Below, in pieces: positions 12,729-26,080 of a DNA stretch of 64,000 bases. The stretch's first letter is position 1; each line of letters opens with the position of its first letter. The notes under the pieces were generated by a model, which worked only from the letters and a program-made list of their open reading frames with translations, did not search any database and was not told the origin of the DNA. Origin of the DNA: Raja brachyura (Eukaryota); NCBI GenBank assembly GCA_963514005.1, contig OY740814.1, positions 15,872,001 to 15,936,000 on the forward strand, in the 5' to 3' direction. Both the position numbers and the translations under genes were made by a program.

Positions 12729-13269
12729 AGTAAAAATGCAGAAACGACTGTGGTATTCTACATTAGAGTTATAAGTACATCTAAATTTAATGTAAAAAGA
12801 AAACCCTGAGGATGAGTCCTTTAAACTAGTAAAATATTCAGAGACCGTTTATTATCACCTCTAACTACTACCAATATTCCTTTGCTGCAATTCTTGACTT
12901 AAATGTGAATCTCTCAATTTTCACAGCCTTTCTTGGAGAGCTGCTATCAAAATACTGCCCTTCATTGTATCTTTTCCACCATTGGTTTGCCTACTACAAT
13001 GGCACATGCAGTAGGCAAAAGTATGCAGGAGCATATCACTATTTGAACCAACATCTTACTTGTAACTTGCCAGAACTATGCTGCTCGCAGAACTCTCTGC
13101 TCATTGCGATGAGAGAAAAAGCCAAATTAAAGGAATTTCTAAAGGGTGTTCATCCACCAGATGGAAGAGCAGCTTGGAAGTGCGAGGTGACGCATTTTTG
13201 GGAAATCCAAAAGAGGTAAGACAGATACAAGAAAATAGGACGTTAAGAAATGTTGATTTCTTAACAGTG

Positions 13270-13925
13270 GAACCATAGAGTCCATCCACAGTTCTCTGAA
13301 AACAGCGAAATAGCACAGTGAAGAAGGAATGTGGCATGCTCGTCTTCATAGGGCAGAGCATTTAATGTAAAGTTGGGACGTCATGTAGTAATTTTACATA
13401 ATATTGGTTACTCCGCACTGAAGTCTTTTACGCAGTTCTGGTCACTACCCGAAAGTAAGGTTATGGTTGTGCTGGAGAGTGTGCAGAGAATATTCACCAC
13501 AACATTGTCAGTATTGAAGTACTTTAATTACAAGAAGAGATTGGACAGGCTGGGCTTAATTTCCCTGGAGCAAAGGAGGCTGAGGGGTAACTTAATAGAG
13601 GTATGTAAAATTATGAAAGGCATAAACAGGATAGATCAAATCCCTTTCCCTTGGTAGAGAGTATCCAAAACAAGAGGGCGTAGGTTTAAGGTGAAAGGAA
13701 GGACTCTTTAATCTGAAGGTAAAGGTTTTGTTTACATAGAGGATTGTCAACATCTGGAACATAGTGCCTGAGGTGGTGATAGAGTCAGATACCATCACTA
13801 TGTTTAAGGGGCAGTTAAATAGGCAAGGTAGAGAAGGAAACAGTCCTTAATTGGGAAAATAGGATCAATATAGACAGGCAAAACAGTTGGCTGAAGGGCG
13901 TGTTTCTGTGGTGGGCTATGACTTT
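13270..13925 (+). mobile_element. Degenerate CR1 3' fragment
   Basis: QFWS, LESVQRIFT, RLDRLGLISLEQRRLRGNLIEV. Confidence 0.8.
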
Positions 13926-14334
13926 ATCTATCCTTGCTCTGGATGGCAGATGATCTGGAATCGTGATTTTCAGTCTCAATGTGGGTGGCAGCGGTAAAGA
14001 AAAGCACAAGCACAGCTGGATATATTTACTCTCCAGGACAGCCCATTGTCCCAGTGTAGAATTACCTGGTCTCTCTGTCAATATAACAAATGTCAGATAT
14101 TTCTCAAGGTAAATCAAGAGGACAAGGCAAAGAGCCGTCAATGCACGTCTGCCAACTATGGTAAGTGCAAGTTGAGTTACTTGAGATCATACTGTGTTGC
14201 ACTTGTGTTTTACAAAACATGAACACTGCTAAATAGCTGGAACCCAGGATTGTACTCTGTCCAAACCGCAATGAACATCCCCTTAAAATAATATACAACA
14301 CAATATTTGCATTAACTGGAAGCAAGATAATTAC

Positions 14335-14543
14335 CTAAAGCATGTTGTAATAAGTTGTGTTGAGACTCTTCAGTGTTTGTACACTGATGTTTCAAAACCA
14401 CATTTGTCACTTTAAGGTCAATTCTAAGTTTAAAGCTGCCAACACCAAGTAACTCAAGAAAGGCAATACATGCCGTGGCAACAACAGGTACGGTGAAGTG
14501 GGCTAATCCAAGAGCGTACGCTTCAGTGCTCACTCGTTCGATC
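14335..14543 (-). CDS. SPG11: Spatacsin exon 22 equivalent, 209 nt
   Basis: ttcag|G...TAG|gtaat; EAYALGLAHF...ACIAFLELLGVGSFKLRIDLKV. Confidence 0.92.
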
Positions 14544-15364
14544 CTGAATCAGAAAGAAGAACAAATCAGGTCTGCAATTATCATGGAAAGGGCATGTTCA
14601 CAGAAATCAAACTCAGGGTGAACAAAATCATTTCTGCTTTTATTTTCATTTCCAGCATCTGAAGTATTTTGTTATTGCACAGATCAGTTCAGTTTAAGAA
14701 ACATTACATTTTGTAGTAGTTAACAAAAGGCACCATCAAATGAGTCCCATTATTAGGTAGTAAATAACTATTTTTAGACATTTTCCACCAAGAAATACCC
14801 AAAAATCGGATAATTATTTGTCTATTGCTCACTGCAGAGGGAGGTAGATTATTTTCAAACGCTACATTTTTGACTCCAGCTGCCTTTTTGTGAGGAGGAG
14901 CCAGTTTTGCATCTCCTGCGTTTGAATGAAGTCATCGTGCATGACACACACTGATATTGATCCGCACGCTAATATTATTTATATATTATTAATAGCTTTG
15001 TTTTTTTCTGTATTTACATAGTGCCTATCATTGATTTAAGAGATTCCAGAGTGCTTTAGGGCTAACTAAGTCCTTAGATTATGTCACTGATGTGTTGTGG
15101 TAAATTGTGCTAATATGCTCACAGAACGCTCCCACAAGTTATCAACTACAATCCATCTGGAGAAGGGTCTCGACCCAAAACATCACCTATTCCTTTTCAC
15201 CGGAGATGCTGTCTGACCTGCTGAGTTACTCCAGGTTTTTGTGTCTATCTTTAGCAACCACTTAGGCTGCTTTAGTGGCATTGGTGAGGGAATAAATGGT
15301 GGCAAGGACACTAGTGATAGCTCCCTACTACAAGGCAGAATCTACTTTAAATATTTCATACAAT

Positions 15365-15955
15365 TCAAGTCAAGTCGAGTATATTATCACAGGCAGAAGT
15401 GTGGTGAGGTACAGGTACAATTAAAATGTTGTTTGTAACAGCATTACAGGCACAAAGATCAGACAACAGACAGAATATAAGATCATATAAATTATTCAAG
15501 TGAAAAGAAAAAGACTGAGCAAAATTAGACAGTGAAAAAACACAATTAGAAACAAGTCCATGGTAGTGCAAGTGGTTGTCCTTAGTCTTCTGTTTATGAA
15601 GTAGGATTAGCATTATGCAGGTCATTCCAAGAACCTGATCATTGTAGGAAAGAATCTATTCCTATACCTTGTGGCCCTTGTGGCTAAGGGGATCAGAGGG
15701 TATGGAGAGAAGGCAGGTACGGGATACTGAGTTGGATGATCAGCCATGATCATATTGAATGGCGGTGCAGGCTCGAAGGGCCGAATGGCCTACTCCTGCA
15801 CCTAATTTCTATGTTTCTATACCTTGTGATGTAGATAACAGGCTTCTGTACCTCCTGCACAACAGTTGGAACAAGAAGCGGGCATGGCCCAAATGGTGGG
15901 ACTCCTTGATGATAGATGCCATCTTCCTGATGCAGGGCCTCATGTAGATGCTTTT
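15365..15955 (-). mobile_element. Rex1/L2-like 3' end relic
   Basis: gcatctatcatcaaggagtcccaccatttgggccatg (IIK-PHH-GH motif); related copies at about 47060-47470 and 56990-57560. Confidence 0.55.
15674..15816 (+). mobile_element. Short young CR1 3' tail with 12-bp TSD
   Basis: Near-identical to 46559-46705; TSD ctataccttgtg at 15662-15673 and 15817-15828. Confidence 0.85.
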
Positions 15956-16571
15956 GAATAATTGCATCTTTGTATTCCAGAGCTTTTAATTCTGCTCTGG
16001 TGTTTCGGCTTGGATCATATGACTGATTGGCTGGATACCACCTTTCTAACTCAGAGGAAGTTGGACTTCAAAGATATTATATCATTTATTGGTGTTGTCC
16101 TTAAGAAAGCATTAAATTGAGTTACTCAAAACTCCCAAACAAGATTAAAGATTAGGTAGAGAGTTAGTACAGTGTATATTTAGTAAAGACATGGCTAGGA
16201 GGGCCCTTTACTGGTAAGAATATTTATAGTTATAATAAAAAAGTTTTATAGTCAGTCTGAAGAAGGGTCCCAAAGCAAACTGTTTTTTGTCCATTTCCCT
16301 CCTCAGATGCTGCCTGGCTTTACATCCAGCACTTTGTGTTTTGCACGTTAGATTCAGCTTGGTTCTTGAATAATGTTGCCAAATGCTACATAATAAACCC
16401 CTTATGGCAACACAGACCAAACATAAACAGGAAAGTTAATGATATGTTTTTTTCCTCAAATTAATTACTTCCACGAACATGGACATGTTCAACTGAACCA
16501 AGAGCATCCACATTTCATATTTAGAGATATTTTGAGCAGAGTACTGTACAGCAATTTCTTAAAATACTTAC

Positions 16572-16737
16572 AACTGCTTGGGTGAATTGCTCTTCACCAA
16601 CTGCTGAACAAGGAAAGTTGCAAAAGCATATGATGGGCGCCCGTGATGCAGGTAGTAGGAAAAGTCTAACCTTTCTGTTATGGCATATTTGTTCACCAAA
16701 TCAGGGCAAGAAAAGTGAGGTAAATCACTTGAAAAGT
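16572..16737 (-). CDS. SPG11: Spatacsin exon 21 equivalent, 166 nt
   Basis: cacag|AC...GTT|gtaagt; LPHFSCPDLVNKYAITERLDFSYYLHHGRPSYAFATFLVQQL. Confidence 0.94.
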
Positions 16738-17107
16738 CTGTGGACAAACAGCACAAGTTTTGTTAGAATTGAAAATGGAGAGATTTTCCTCGCTCCTATC
16801 TGGTCATGCAATTCATGTAAGCAAATGTAGGAGAATTTCTTCAGGATGCAGTTTTATGGAGTGGAAAATTCCAAAGAATTATAACCTCCAGTGAAGCTCC
16901 TATCACGGTTACATCAAACCCGTGAGGCCTCTCAGAATATTCAGTCTATTACATTTACCCGAACTTCGTTAAAACTCTATAGATCACCCCTTCATCCAAG
17001 CAACAATCCAGTGGATCATGATACAAATAATTTCCATTGCAGCATTTATATCATTTAAATTAACAATCCTGGTTGAACTGAATCCTAGTCAAATGTATTT
17101 TGGAAAT

Positions 17108-17362
17108 GTGTAAGAAGGAACTGCAGATGCTGGTTTATACCGAAGATAGACACAAAAAGTTGAAGTAACTCAGCGGGACAGGTAGCATCTCTGGAGAGAA
17201 GGAATGAGTAACATTTTGGGTCGAGACCCTTCTTCAGACTGGTTAGGGATAAGGGAAATGAGAAATATAGATGGTGATGTGGAGAGTTAAAGGACAATGA
17301 ATGACCTTTTCTCCAGAGATGCTGCCTGTCCCGCTGAGTTACTCCAGCTTTTTGTGTCTATC
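17108..17362. mobile_element. Penelope terminal-repeat insert, inverted arms
   Basis: aaggaactgcagatgctgg...acccttcttcaga...gatgctgcctgtcccgctgagttactccagc. Confidence 0.75.
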
Positions 17363-17458
17363 TGTCTTCTGGAAGTGACACGTGAACAGAATATGAGATG
17401 ATACGGCCAGGAGGGTGTAGAAGAGATTCACCAGGATGTTGTCTTGGATGAAGTGCTG

Positions 17459-17735
17459 TTAGTTTAGTTTAGTTTAGTTTAGAGATACAGTGTGGAAACA
17501 GGTCCTTCCGGGTCCATGCCAACCAGCGATCACCCCGTACCCTAACACTATCCTACACACGAGGGAAAATTAACAGTTTTTACCAAACCCAATTAACCAA
17601 CAAACCTGTACGTCTTTGGAGCATCGAAGGAAACCGGAGCACACGTGAAAACCCAGGTCACAGGGAGAATGTACAAACACCATACAGACAGCACCCGATG
17701 CTGTAAGGCAGCTCTACTGCTGCGCCACTGTAACG
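17459..17735 (-). mobile_element. HE1-like V-SINE
   Basis: Same family; (TTTAG)n tail on plus strand. Confidence 0.82.
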
Positions 17736-18326
17736 GCCAATTGTTAATGCCTCAGATAAACAATATATATATTCCAAATGAGGTAAGCAAAGATAAGCGC
17801 TATCCGCAATGTTAATTTAAATGCTTAGAACGGAAGACAACTTTTACCGGTAATTTTTTATCTCAAATCCTGGTTCTTTGTCAACTTCTTCCCTTCTTGA
17901 CTTTACCCCTGGATACATCTCTTTAGCACCCGTCCTCTCTGCCATTTTGTCATAGTTACCAGTCTTTATGTACAATTAGATACTGAATGCAACAGATGAA
18001 CACTTGTAAGACATCACAGCAAGTCTACGCCTGTGATTGACTAAAGCTGACACACGGAAATGTTTCTGAGGAACTCAAATTAGAGGAAGCAAGGCTGCTC
18101 TCAGGTAAAGTATCAAATCCAATTTGAGCATTGTCTACTTCTCATTCAGTTCCTTGGGATGGAGGATGACTTGCAAAGCCAGAGTAGAAGCATGACATCA
18201 ATTCGAGAGTCTCAAATGTCAAGGGTATGTCAATTCAAATGACAATTGAAATGTGGTTGTTCTAGTCCTGTGCAGTTCAGTTAAATGTTACTTTTACCAG
18301 GGTGCCATTGTTATAACCATATAAAA

Positions 18327-19500
18327 TCACAGCACGGAAACAGGCCTTCTCAGCCCTTCCAGTCCGTGCCGACCATTTATTTTCGCCTCGTCCCATCTAC
18401 CTGCACTCAGACCATACCCTTCCATTCCCTTCCCGTCCATATACCTATCTACTTTACTTTTAAATGTTAAAATCGATCCTGCCTCCACCACTTCTGCAGG
18501 AAGATCATTCCACACAGCCACCACTCTCTGAGTAAAGAAGTTCCCCCTCATGTTACCACTAAACTTCTGTCCCTTAATTCTCATGTCATGCCCTCGTTTG
18601 AATCTTTCCTACCCTCAATGGGAAAAGCTTATCCACGTCAACTCTGTCTATCCCTTTCATCATTTTAAAGACCTCAATCAAGTCTCCCCTTAACCTTCTA
18701 TGCTCCAAAGAATAAAGACCTAACTTGTTCAACCTTTCTCTGTAACTTAGTTGCTGGAACCCAGGCAATATTCCAGTAAATCTCCTCTGTACTCTCTCTA
18801 TTTTGTTGACATCCTTCCTATAATTAGGCGACCAAAATTGTACACCATACTCCAGAATTGGTCTTACCAATGCCTTGTACAATTTTAACATTACTTCCCT
18901 ACTCCTATATTCAATGCTCTGATTTATAAAGGCTAGCACACCAATAAGCTTTCTTTACCACCCTATCTATATGCGATTCCACCTTCAGGGTATATCGGCC
19001 TCATGCACAGTTATTCCTAGATCCCTCTGTTCCACAGCATTCCCCAATTCCCTACCATTTGATTTGTCCTGCCAAGATGTAGCACCTCACACTTATCAGC
19101 ATTAAACTCCATCTGCCATCTTTCAACCCATTCTTCCAAATGGCCCAAATCTCTCTATAGACTTTGAAAATCTACTTCATTATCCACAGCACCACCTATC
19201 TTAGTATCATCTGCATACTTACTTATCCAATTTTCCACCCCATCATCTAGATCATTGATGTACATGACAAACAACAGTGGACCCAACACAGATCCCTGAG
19301 GCACCCCACTGGTCACCGGCTTCCAACCTGACAAACAGCCATCCACCATTACTCTCTGGCATCTCCCATTCAGCCACTGTTGAATCCATCTTGCTACTCC
19401 GCCATTAACACCCAAAGATTGAATCTTCTTAACCAACCTTCCATGGGGAACCTTGTCAAAGGCCTTACTGAAATCCATAAAGACAACATCCACTGCTTTT
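18327..19500 (-). mobile_element. CR1 LINE, 5'-truncated RT to 3' end, disrupted
   Basis: [56 protein letters not shown] motifs. Confidence 0.93.
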
Positions 19501-19772
19501 ATCTGCCTTTTAAAATTGTATTTCCGTTTGTAATGAACCGATCATGGAGATACTATTATTCCTAGTTAGCTTTAGATAAGCAACACCCACCATGTCAAGG
19601 AGCAGAGACAGAACCAAACATCGGTAAAAACTAATGAGTTCAGCAGCTGACAACAGATATACGAAATTAGTGCCCTAATTGCCCTTGAAAGCTTTGGCAA
19701 GCTCCCCTACTGCCTTTTCTCCTGATTCTGTCTGTTGCTCTTGTTACATTAATTAATCTCAAAGGCACTCAC

Positions 19773-19839
19773 CACAAGTGGAGAGCAAGTTGGCAGACTG
19801 CCAACCGAAGAGCCTAGATGGGTCAAAGGGGTGCAGTGA
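19773..19839 (-). CDS. SPG11: Spatacsin exon 20 equivalent, 67 nt
   Basis: tatag|TCA...GTG|gtgagt; SLHPFDPSRLFGWQSANLL. Confidence 0.93.
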
Positions 19840-20904
19840 CTATAAGAAATAAAGGAAAATTAAATGAGCAAAGTCTCCTGGAATGAAAACATGAACAAAG
19901 GGTGGAGGATATAAAACATCTGTGCATGCTTAAAAAGAGCAGAAATCTTATTGAAGTTTACAGGTCAAAATGAATGCACAATAATGAGCTTGATGCAATT
20001 TCCCAGTGAACACACATAACAAGTTATGAACAATTTAGATGTTCTTTATTCTTGTTCTGCTCAAAATAAAAACATAATGAATCATTTTACATTGTACAAT
20101 ATGACACATCCAAAACTGAAACTGTCCTTATGCAGTCGAATAGGTCTTCAAACCAACAAGGACATTTGTCATCATTAAAGCTGTGTTTATTCAAGTGACT
20201 AATAGAAAAGCTGCAGTCAGCACCACTGCACACATAAATTACAAGGTCCCAAAAAGACTGAGTTGGAAGTATGGGATGGTTAGCAATCTGGATGACAATG
20301 AGCAAACATCTCCAAATGTTTTATATCAAACTGAACATTATAATTAATTGTAAGAGATTACCCTGCATTGCTGCAATAAATTAACCCTTCAATTCCTTTA
20401 TGATTCAACGTAATTTCATCTTGTGAAAATATTTTTACACTTCATAGTACACTGAAGACAAAAATGATTCTAAAAGAGATCCTTACACAAGTTATCATAC
20501 AGCAGGGGCAGGAAGTATTTTGAGCATTCTAGTACATATATTATGTATATCGGCCTCATGCTCTCCTGTCTGATTTACATATTAAAAAATTGGGCAGTGA
20601 TTGCCTCATTACTATCCCGACTGAAATCTGGTCCATTATGATCCGTCACCTGTTGGTATGGGACAATAGATTAAAGGATTAGATTAAATAGATTAAAGTT
20701 TGGGTTAAAGGATGACAAAAAGCTGCCCGTGGCAAGCAAGCTCATGCTGAATGCACACTGGCTGTTAATGTTAGTTTAATTAAATTTGGCGTCTCTCTTT
20801 TGATACTCAGTTGTATTCCTTGGCTAAGAATGACATTTCAACTCTATTGCAATCACTAGACTATAACTTCAAGTACCTTGAAAAATGACCCTGCCCGTTA
20901 TCAT

Positions 20905-21038
20905 AAGTAGACAAAAAAATGCTGGAGAAACTCAGCGGGTGAGGCAGCACCTATGGAGAAAAGGAGTAGGCGACGTTTCGGGTCGAGACCCTTCTTCAGA
21001 CTGATGTGGGGGGTGGGGGGGGGGGGGGGATAACAGAA
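20905..21038 (-). mobile_element. Single-arm hammerhead-bearing insert with poly-G tract
   Basis: Intact core at 20972-20999; near-TSD cccgtta(t/g)cat. Confidence 0.75.
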
Positions 21039-21429
21039 CCCGTTAGCATGCTCTGTCCACACATTGGAATATAAGAAAAGTAACAACATTAACCATCCAG
21101 TTAACTCCAGGCCAGTTAACTCGAATTCTTAAGTTTCACACTTTTTCAGATGGAACTATTCCTTCGAAAAGGACAAAGTGAATGAAGGGCACTGGCTAGG
21201 GGAGTGGGAGAACTCCTTTGTGTTTATATACGGGGTTCTTCATGCCCACCTGAAAAGTAGACAAGGCCTTGATTAAATGCCTCAGCTAAGAGCAAGTATC
21301 TGTCACATGTGCAAACCTGTAGAGAGAAGATCAGCCTGGATAATGAGCTTTGGTCTCTAGGTTACGTTTAACCCACAAATTTCTGATTTAAAGGCAACCG
21401 TGGCAACCAACATTTGGACCATTCTTACC

Positions 21430-22280
21430 ATTTCCCACTGACCATAATTCTTTTTTTTAAATAATTGCGGAAAGCGATATGACTGGTCCAAATGTTGAAG
21501 ACCTAAGTTGGGCCAATTTTGATGGTATTTCATCTTGGGACGTTCAAAAGTTGATTGGGGGAGGTAAAGGGACATCTGGTAAGTGGGAGGTTTCTAAAAG
21601 TGTAAGGAAAATTCAGAGCCAGCATGATCCTGTTAAGAGTGAAGGGTTATGGAACCAAAGATGACAAGAGATATTGAGGCTCTGGTTATAAAAAGTCTTA
21701 TGTCAGGCATAGGCAACTGGGATGGTGAATCTCTTGAGTAAAGGGGGTACAGAAGCACACTTAAGAGGGAAATCAGGAAGCAAAAAGAGAACATGAGATA
21801 GCTTTAGCAGATAAGGTAAAAGAGAATCCAAAGAAATTCTAGTTGGATATTAAGGGCAAGAATAATTGGGGAGAGAATAGGATCCCTTGAAAATCAACAA
21901 GGTTCTCTATGTGTGAAGCCACAAGAGATGGGCAAGGTGTTAAATTAGTATTTCTCATCTATACTCACTGGAGTAAGACGTGGATGCTAGGGAACGCAGG
22001 GAAGTTAATCATGAAGTATTGAAGAGAGTCCAATTTACACAAGAGGCACTAGTGATCTTGAAACGCATTAAGGTAGATATATCATGATCAAGTGTATCCT
22101 AGGATATTGTAAACTAGCCAATTGGATACAGAGAATACTGGTAGAGGACTGTTTTTTAGTCTGGAGGCCTGCAATGAGAGACATGCTGCAAGAGTCAGCA
22201 TTGGGTCATTATGGTTCTTTAATATTGGTCATCGATGGTCATTACTGGTTCATGATTTATATTCACAATTTGAATAAATG
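21430..22280 (+). mobile_element. Degenerate CR1 ORF2 fragments
   Basis: ALADKVKENPK, RIGSL-NQQG-LCVKP, LANWIQ-type remnants. Confidence 0.65.
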
Positions 22281-22558
22281 AATTTCTTAAGTACATAAGA
22301 AATAGGAGGTCCTACTTTCTTATGTTCTTATTCCATTTATTTTATGTAATGGTATCAAGAAGCGATATTACTTGCTTAAAGAAAGGGACAAAGAAAAGGA
22401 AACATGCGTCGTGGTCCTAGGCAAAGAATGTAGAATATAACCAGTATTGCGATTGTACAACATCCAACACAGGTACATTATTGCAAGAATGCTGTTTACG
22501 AACTTTATTAAAAAAGAAGAGAAACCCAAACATTTAATATAAGACGCATTGTGAATAC

Positions 22559-22723
22559 CTGCAAAAGATGGTAGAGAGAGATGTCTGGTGGTGGAAGGCC
22601 ATGAAGAGTGAGCTGCGGAAAGAGGGCAGCACGCAGCTTGGGATAAGGAGCCAGAGCCATTTTCAATAACTGCGGTTCAACCTTCCAGAGGGAATCACCA
22701 ACATCTTCCTTTTTCTGCATCAC
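22559..22723 (-). CDS. SPG11: Spatacsin exon 19 equivalent, 165 nt
   Basis: tctag|GTG...CAG|gtatt; LWKVEPQLLKMALAPYPKLRAALFPQ...PDISLYHLLQ. Confidence 0.94.
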
Positions 22724-23079
22724 CTAGAAAACCACAGATAAAGAGATGTATTTGGAGCCTGTCACAATTTCAAAAGGTCACAAATTCCAAATGTTTGCCA
22801 AGTTTGGTTGAAAGGGCATATGGAATTGTCAGGTGTAAAACTCCAAGAGGAAACAGTTTACATGCATAACGTATTTTGAATTGGGATACAACTCCCCACG
22901 TTACCCCAATTTTCTGCTATATGCTCCAAAGAAGCAGGTGTTCTTATTCAATTAAAAAAACCTCATGAATCTATCACTACAAGAAACCTTGTTGCTTGGA
23001 ATGACAACCTCATGCAATGGGGTCAAACGTAAATAGTAAGAGTTTCAATCTTTTAAAGGTACAGCCTTTTATAACTCAC

Positions 23080-23225
23080 CCGATCAATTCCGCCAGGAGC
23101 AAACATAATGGTGGCTAACGCCATCAGAGTATGCCCTTCCAGAAGCATGCTGCTGACGCTGGCTTGGTTACTAGGGATCAGCATTTGGGCATTTGCCAGA
23201 CTTGCTTGGAATGCCAGAGATGCAT
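23080..23225 (-). CDS. SPG11: Spatacsin exon 18 equivalent, 146 nt
   Basis: tttag|AT...CGG|gtgagt; FQASLANAQMLIPSNQASVSSMLLEGHTLMALATIMFAPGG. Confidence 0.94.
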
Positions 23226-24097
23226 CTAAAGACATAAAATGGAAGTCAGTACATCTGCAAGCGAAAAACGAATGGAGCACATTAATGTAATATTTCAAAC
23301 TAAGAATGAACACCAGAGTACAGGAGATTCAGTCATACCACAAGCAATGCTGTAATTACCAATATCCTAGCCCACACACAAATGTGACCTTTGCCACAGA
23401 GACTGTCACTCCTGATTTGGTCCCTTCAGCCGAGGTTTGGAGCAAGCAGCCAACAACTAGGATGCATCACCCATGGTCAGACATGACCGAGAGGGGCCTA
23501 AGGGGAGTCCACCTGAGGTATGGTGATTGGCTGATCAATAATTAACCAGAGTCAAAGAGCTTTACCTAATACAAACCGGAAGCAGAGGAATTGTTCTTTT
23601 GCAGGAATATTTTAGATACTTCCAACATTAGCTATATTTCCACTAAAGTAACAACAGGACAATTTATAATGATTTAAAGAGACCCAAGGGAGAACCATGA
23701 TAAAGAATTAAAACCATGACATACAAGGACAGATAATTAAAAGCCTGGTCAAATAACAGGTTTTAAGAAGCATCTCAAATAAGATGCAGTTCCAGAACTT
23801 GAGTCTCGGACCTGAGAGCAGCTAGCAACAATGGTGTGATTAAACCTATGGATGGTGAGTAGCCAGAATGGGAGGAGCAGAGACCTCAGAGGGCTGCAGG
23901 CTGGGAAAAACAAAAATCGATGGGAAGGTGTTGAGACCATGACAGATTTTGAGATAAACTTTTTTCAAAAATTGCTTTATTGAGAGCAAACATATATGTC
24001 ATTCAGCAAGTGATGTGTGCACTGGATTTAGTGCACGATGACAGGTAGTTTAATTAACTTAATAAGAATTAAATCACTTAAACTCAATTATGAATAC

Positions 24098-24204
24098 CTG
24101 CTGGATTGTCAGCAACCTCTCTTATTCGCATTAAAAACTCAAACCAAGGATGGGCCACATGGAGAGCTTCGTCGTCCAGAAGAGGGCAGTTTGAGGGCCT
24201 CAAC
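24098..24204 (-). CDS. SPG11: Spatacsin exon 17 equivalent, 107 nt
   Basis: cacag|G...CAG|gtatt; LRPSNCPLLDDEALHVAHPWFEFLMRIREVADNPA. Confidence 0.92.
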
Positions 24205-24489
24205 CTGTGAGCAAGTCATGAACAAAGTTGACAGTAAATGGCAAATGTAAGTAATATACTGGAAAGTTGGTGGACATCTAACATTTCTTATGAATGTCAA
24301 TTTTGGGGTTCACTACTCAACTCAACATTCACTACTGCTTCTCAACAATTCAAAAAAGATATATTGTATTTGAATTTTAGTGGCCTTTAAATATGGAACA
24401 TGAACTTTAATAGCAATTTAAGATTTATTTTTCTTCAGTTTGCAATATCTTTCTACTATAAATTTTATTTTGTTGATGTTGATTTGCAC

Positions 24490-24790
24490 AATGGCACAGT
24501 GGTAGAGTTGCTGCCTTACAGTGTTTGCAGCGCCGGTGACTCGAGTTCAATCCCGACTACGGGTGCTGTCTGTACGGAGTTTGTACATTCTCCCAGTGAC
24601 CTACGTGGGTTTTCTCCGAGATCTTCGGTTTCCTCCCACACTCCAAAGCTGTACAGGTATGTAGGTTAATTGGCTTGGTAAATGTAAAACTGGTCCCTAG
24701 TGAGTGTAGGATAGTGTTAACATGCAGGGATCGCTGGTCGGCGTGAACTCGGTGTGCCGAAGGGCCTGTTTCCATGCTGTATCTCTAAAA
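24490..24790 (+). mobile_element. HE1-like V-SINE
   Basis: ggcacagtggtagagttgctgcc...gagttcaatccc...gggcctgtttccatgctgtatctct. Confidence 0.85.
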
Positions 24791-25839
24791 AGACTAGGGC
24801 ACAGGGAAGTCAGAGGTGGCAAAAGTACTGGATGAAATTATACCTTAAAATGATTTGGTAAATTTTATATTTTGGCGAGTATCAATTGTTCTGAAACTAC
24901 CATTGCACCCCTTTGAGTGGTCTTCAATTCAATGCCACTCTCCACCTGCCATATATGTTTTTTAAATAAATGAAGCTCATATATCACCAATGTCAAATAC
25001 AGCTCTTAATAATCATTCTTATTTTGGGAATAGGATGCAAAGATGGGCAGTGGAAACAATTGGAGAATTCATTCAAAGACCCTGTCCAGCTAAAAAGGCC
25101 AAATAGCATTTCCCAGTGCAGTAGACCTCTATGAGACAAAGCTATGAACTTAATACAATCAGTTTATTTGTTCTCAAAATATCTATCATGTTCGTCTGCG
25201 GGGAAGCCTAAACACCACCTTCTCTGATTATTTATAATGACCTCCAGCGGCCATATTATGACTTATCCAGTCCTGCACTATCTATGTTATAGTTTGTCAT
25301 TCATCACTTCATTGTTTTTGTAGAGGGATATTTAAACATTCTTGGTCTGTCATCTGGGAACATCAGGGAGGCCGATTGTCTACAGAGTTTTCAAAACTTC
25401 TGATATCAATAGAGCAGTTTTTGCTAAGGAATTCACCCCTGAATTATTAAAGGAAGCGTACAACATGTTGCTGCGGATGTATAGTTTGCTAGATTGTTAA
25501 TTGGGAATTAATTCATTTTCTGAAAGAATTGGGAATAATTTTCTGAAATGGAACCTTGAACCGAGTGAATTGTTTCCATCAGTGCTTTAAGCCTGCACGT
25601 GATATACAAAACTATTGGTTTCAATATGCATTTAGTGATATAGAACCATCAGGCAGAGGTCTGTTGGCCTGTTGTGCCCATGTGGGCTCTTTGACTGAAT
25701 TACATAAAGAGTCCGAAATCCCTGCAAATTCCCCTTTGATTAATTATTACTTCACCTTTGGAAGTTACTGATTCTGTTTCCATCACCTTCTCCGGCACTG
25801 TGCTCATTTCACAACCATTCACAGCATAAACCAAACAAT

Positions 25840-26080
25840 GTGTAGTAAGGAACTGCAGATGCTTTTTTTAATCCAGAGATCGACACAAAAAGCTGGAGTA
25901 ACTCAGCTGGAAGGAAGGAATGGGTGACGTTTCGGGTCGATACCCTTCATCTGTCTGAATAAATAACTCCACAAATAAGTTTGGTCTGAGAAGGGTCTCG
26001 ACCCGAAACGTTACCCATTCCTTCTCTCCAGAGATGTTCCCTGTCCCGCTGAGTTATTCCAGCTTTTTGTGTCTATCGTC
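25840..26080. mobile_element. Inverted-dimer Penelope terminal-repeat insert
   Basis: Hammerhead-like cores on both strands; imperfect TSD cataaa..aaacaatgt. Confidence 0.75.

Noticed and set aside
20087-20305. ORF with CWFEDL resembling the PWFEFL exon
   Set aside because: The true exon is at 24098-24204; this match is short and out of order.
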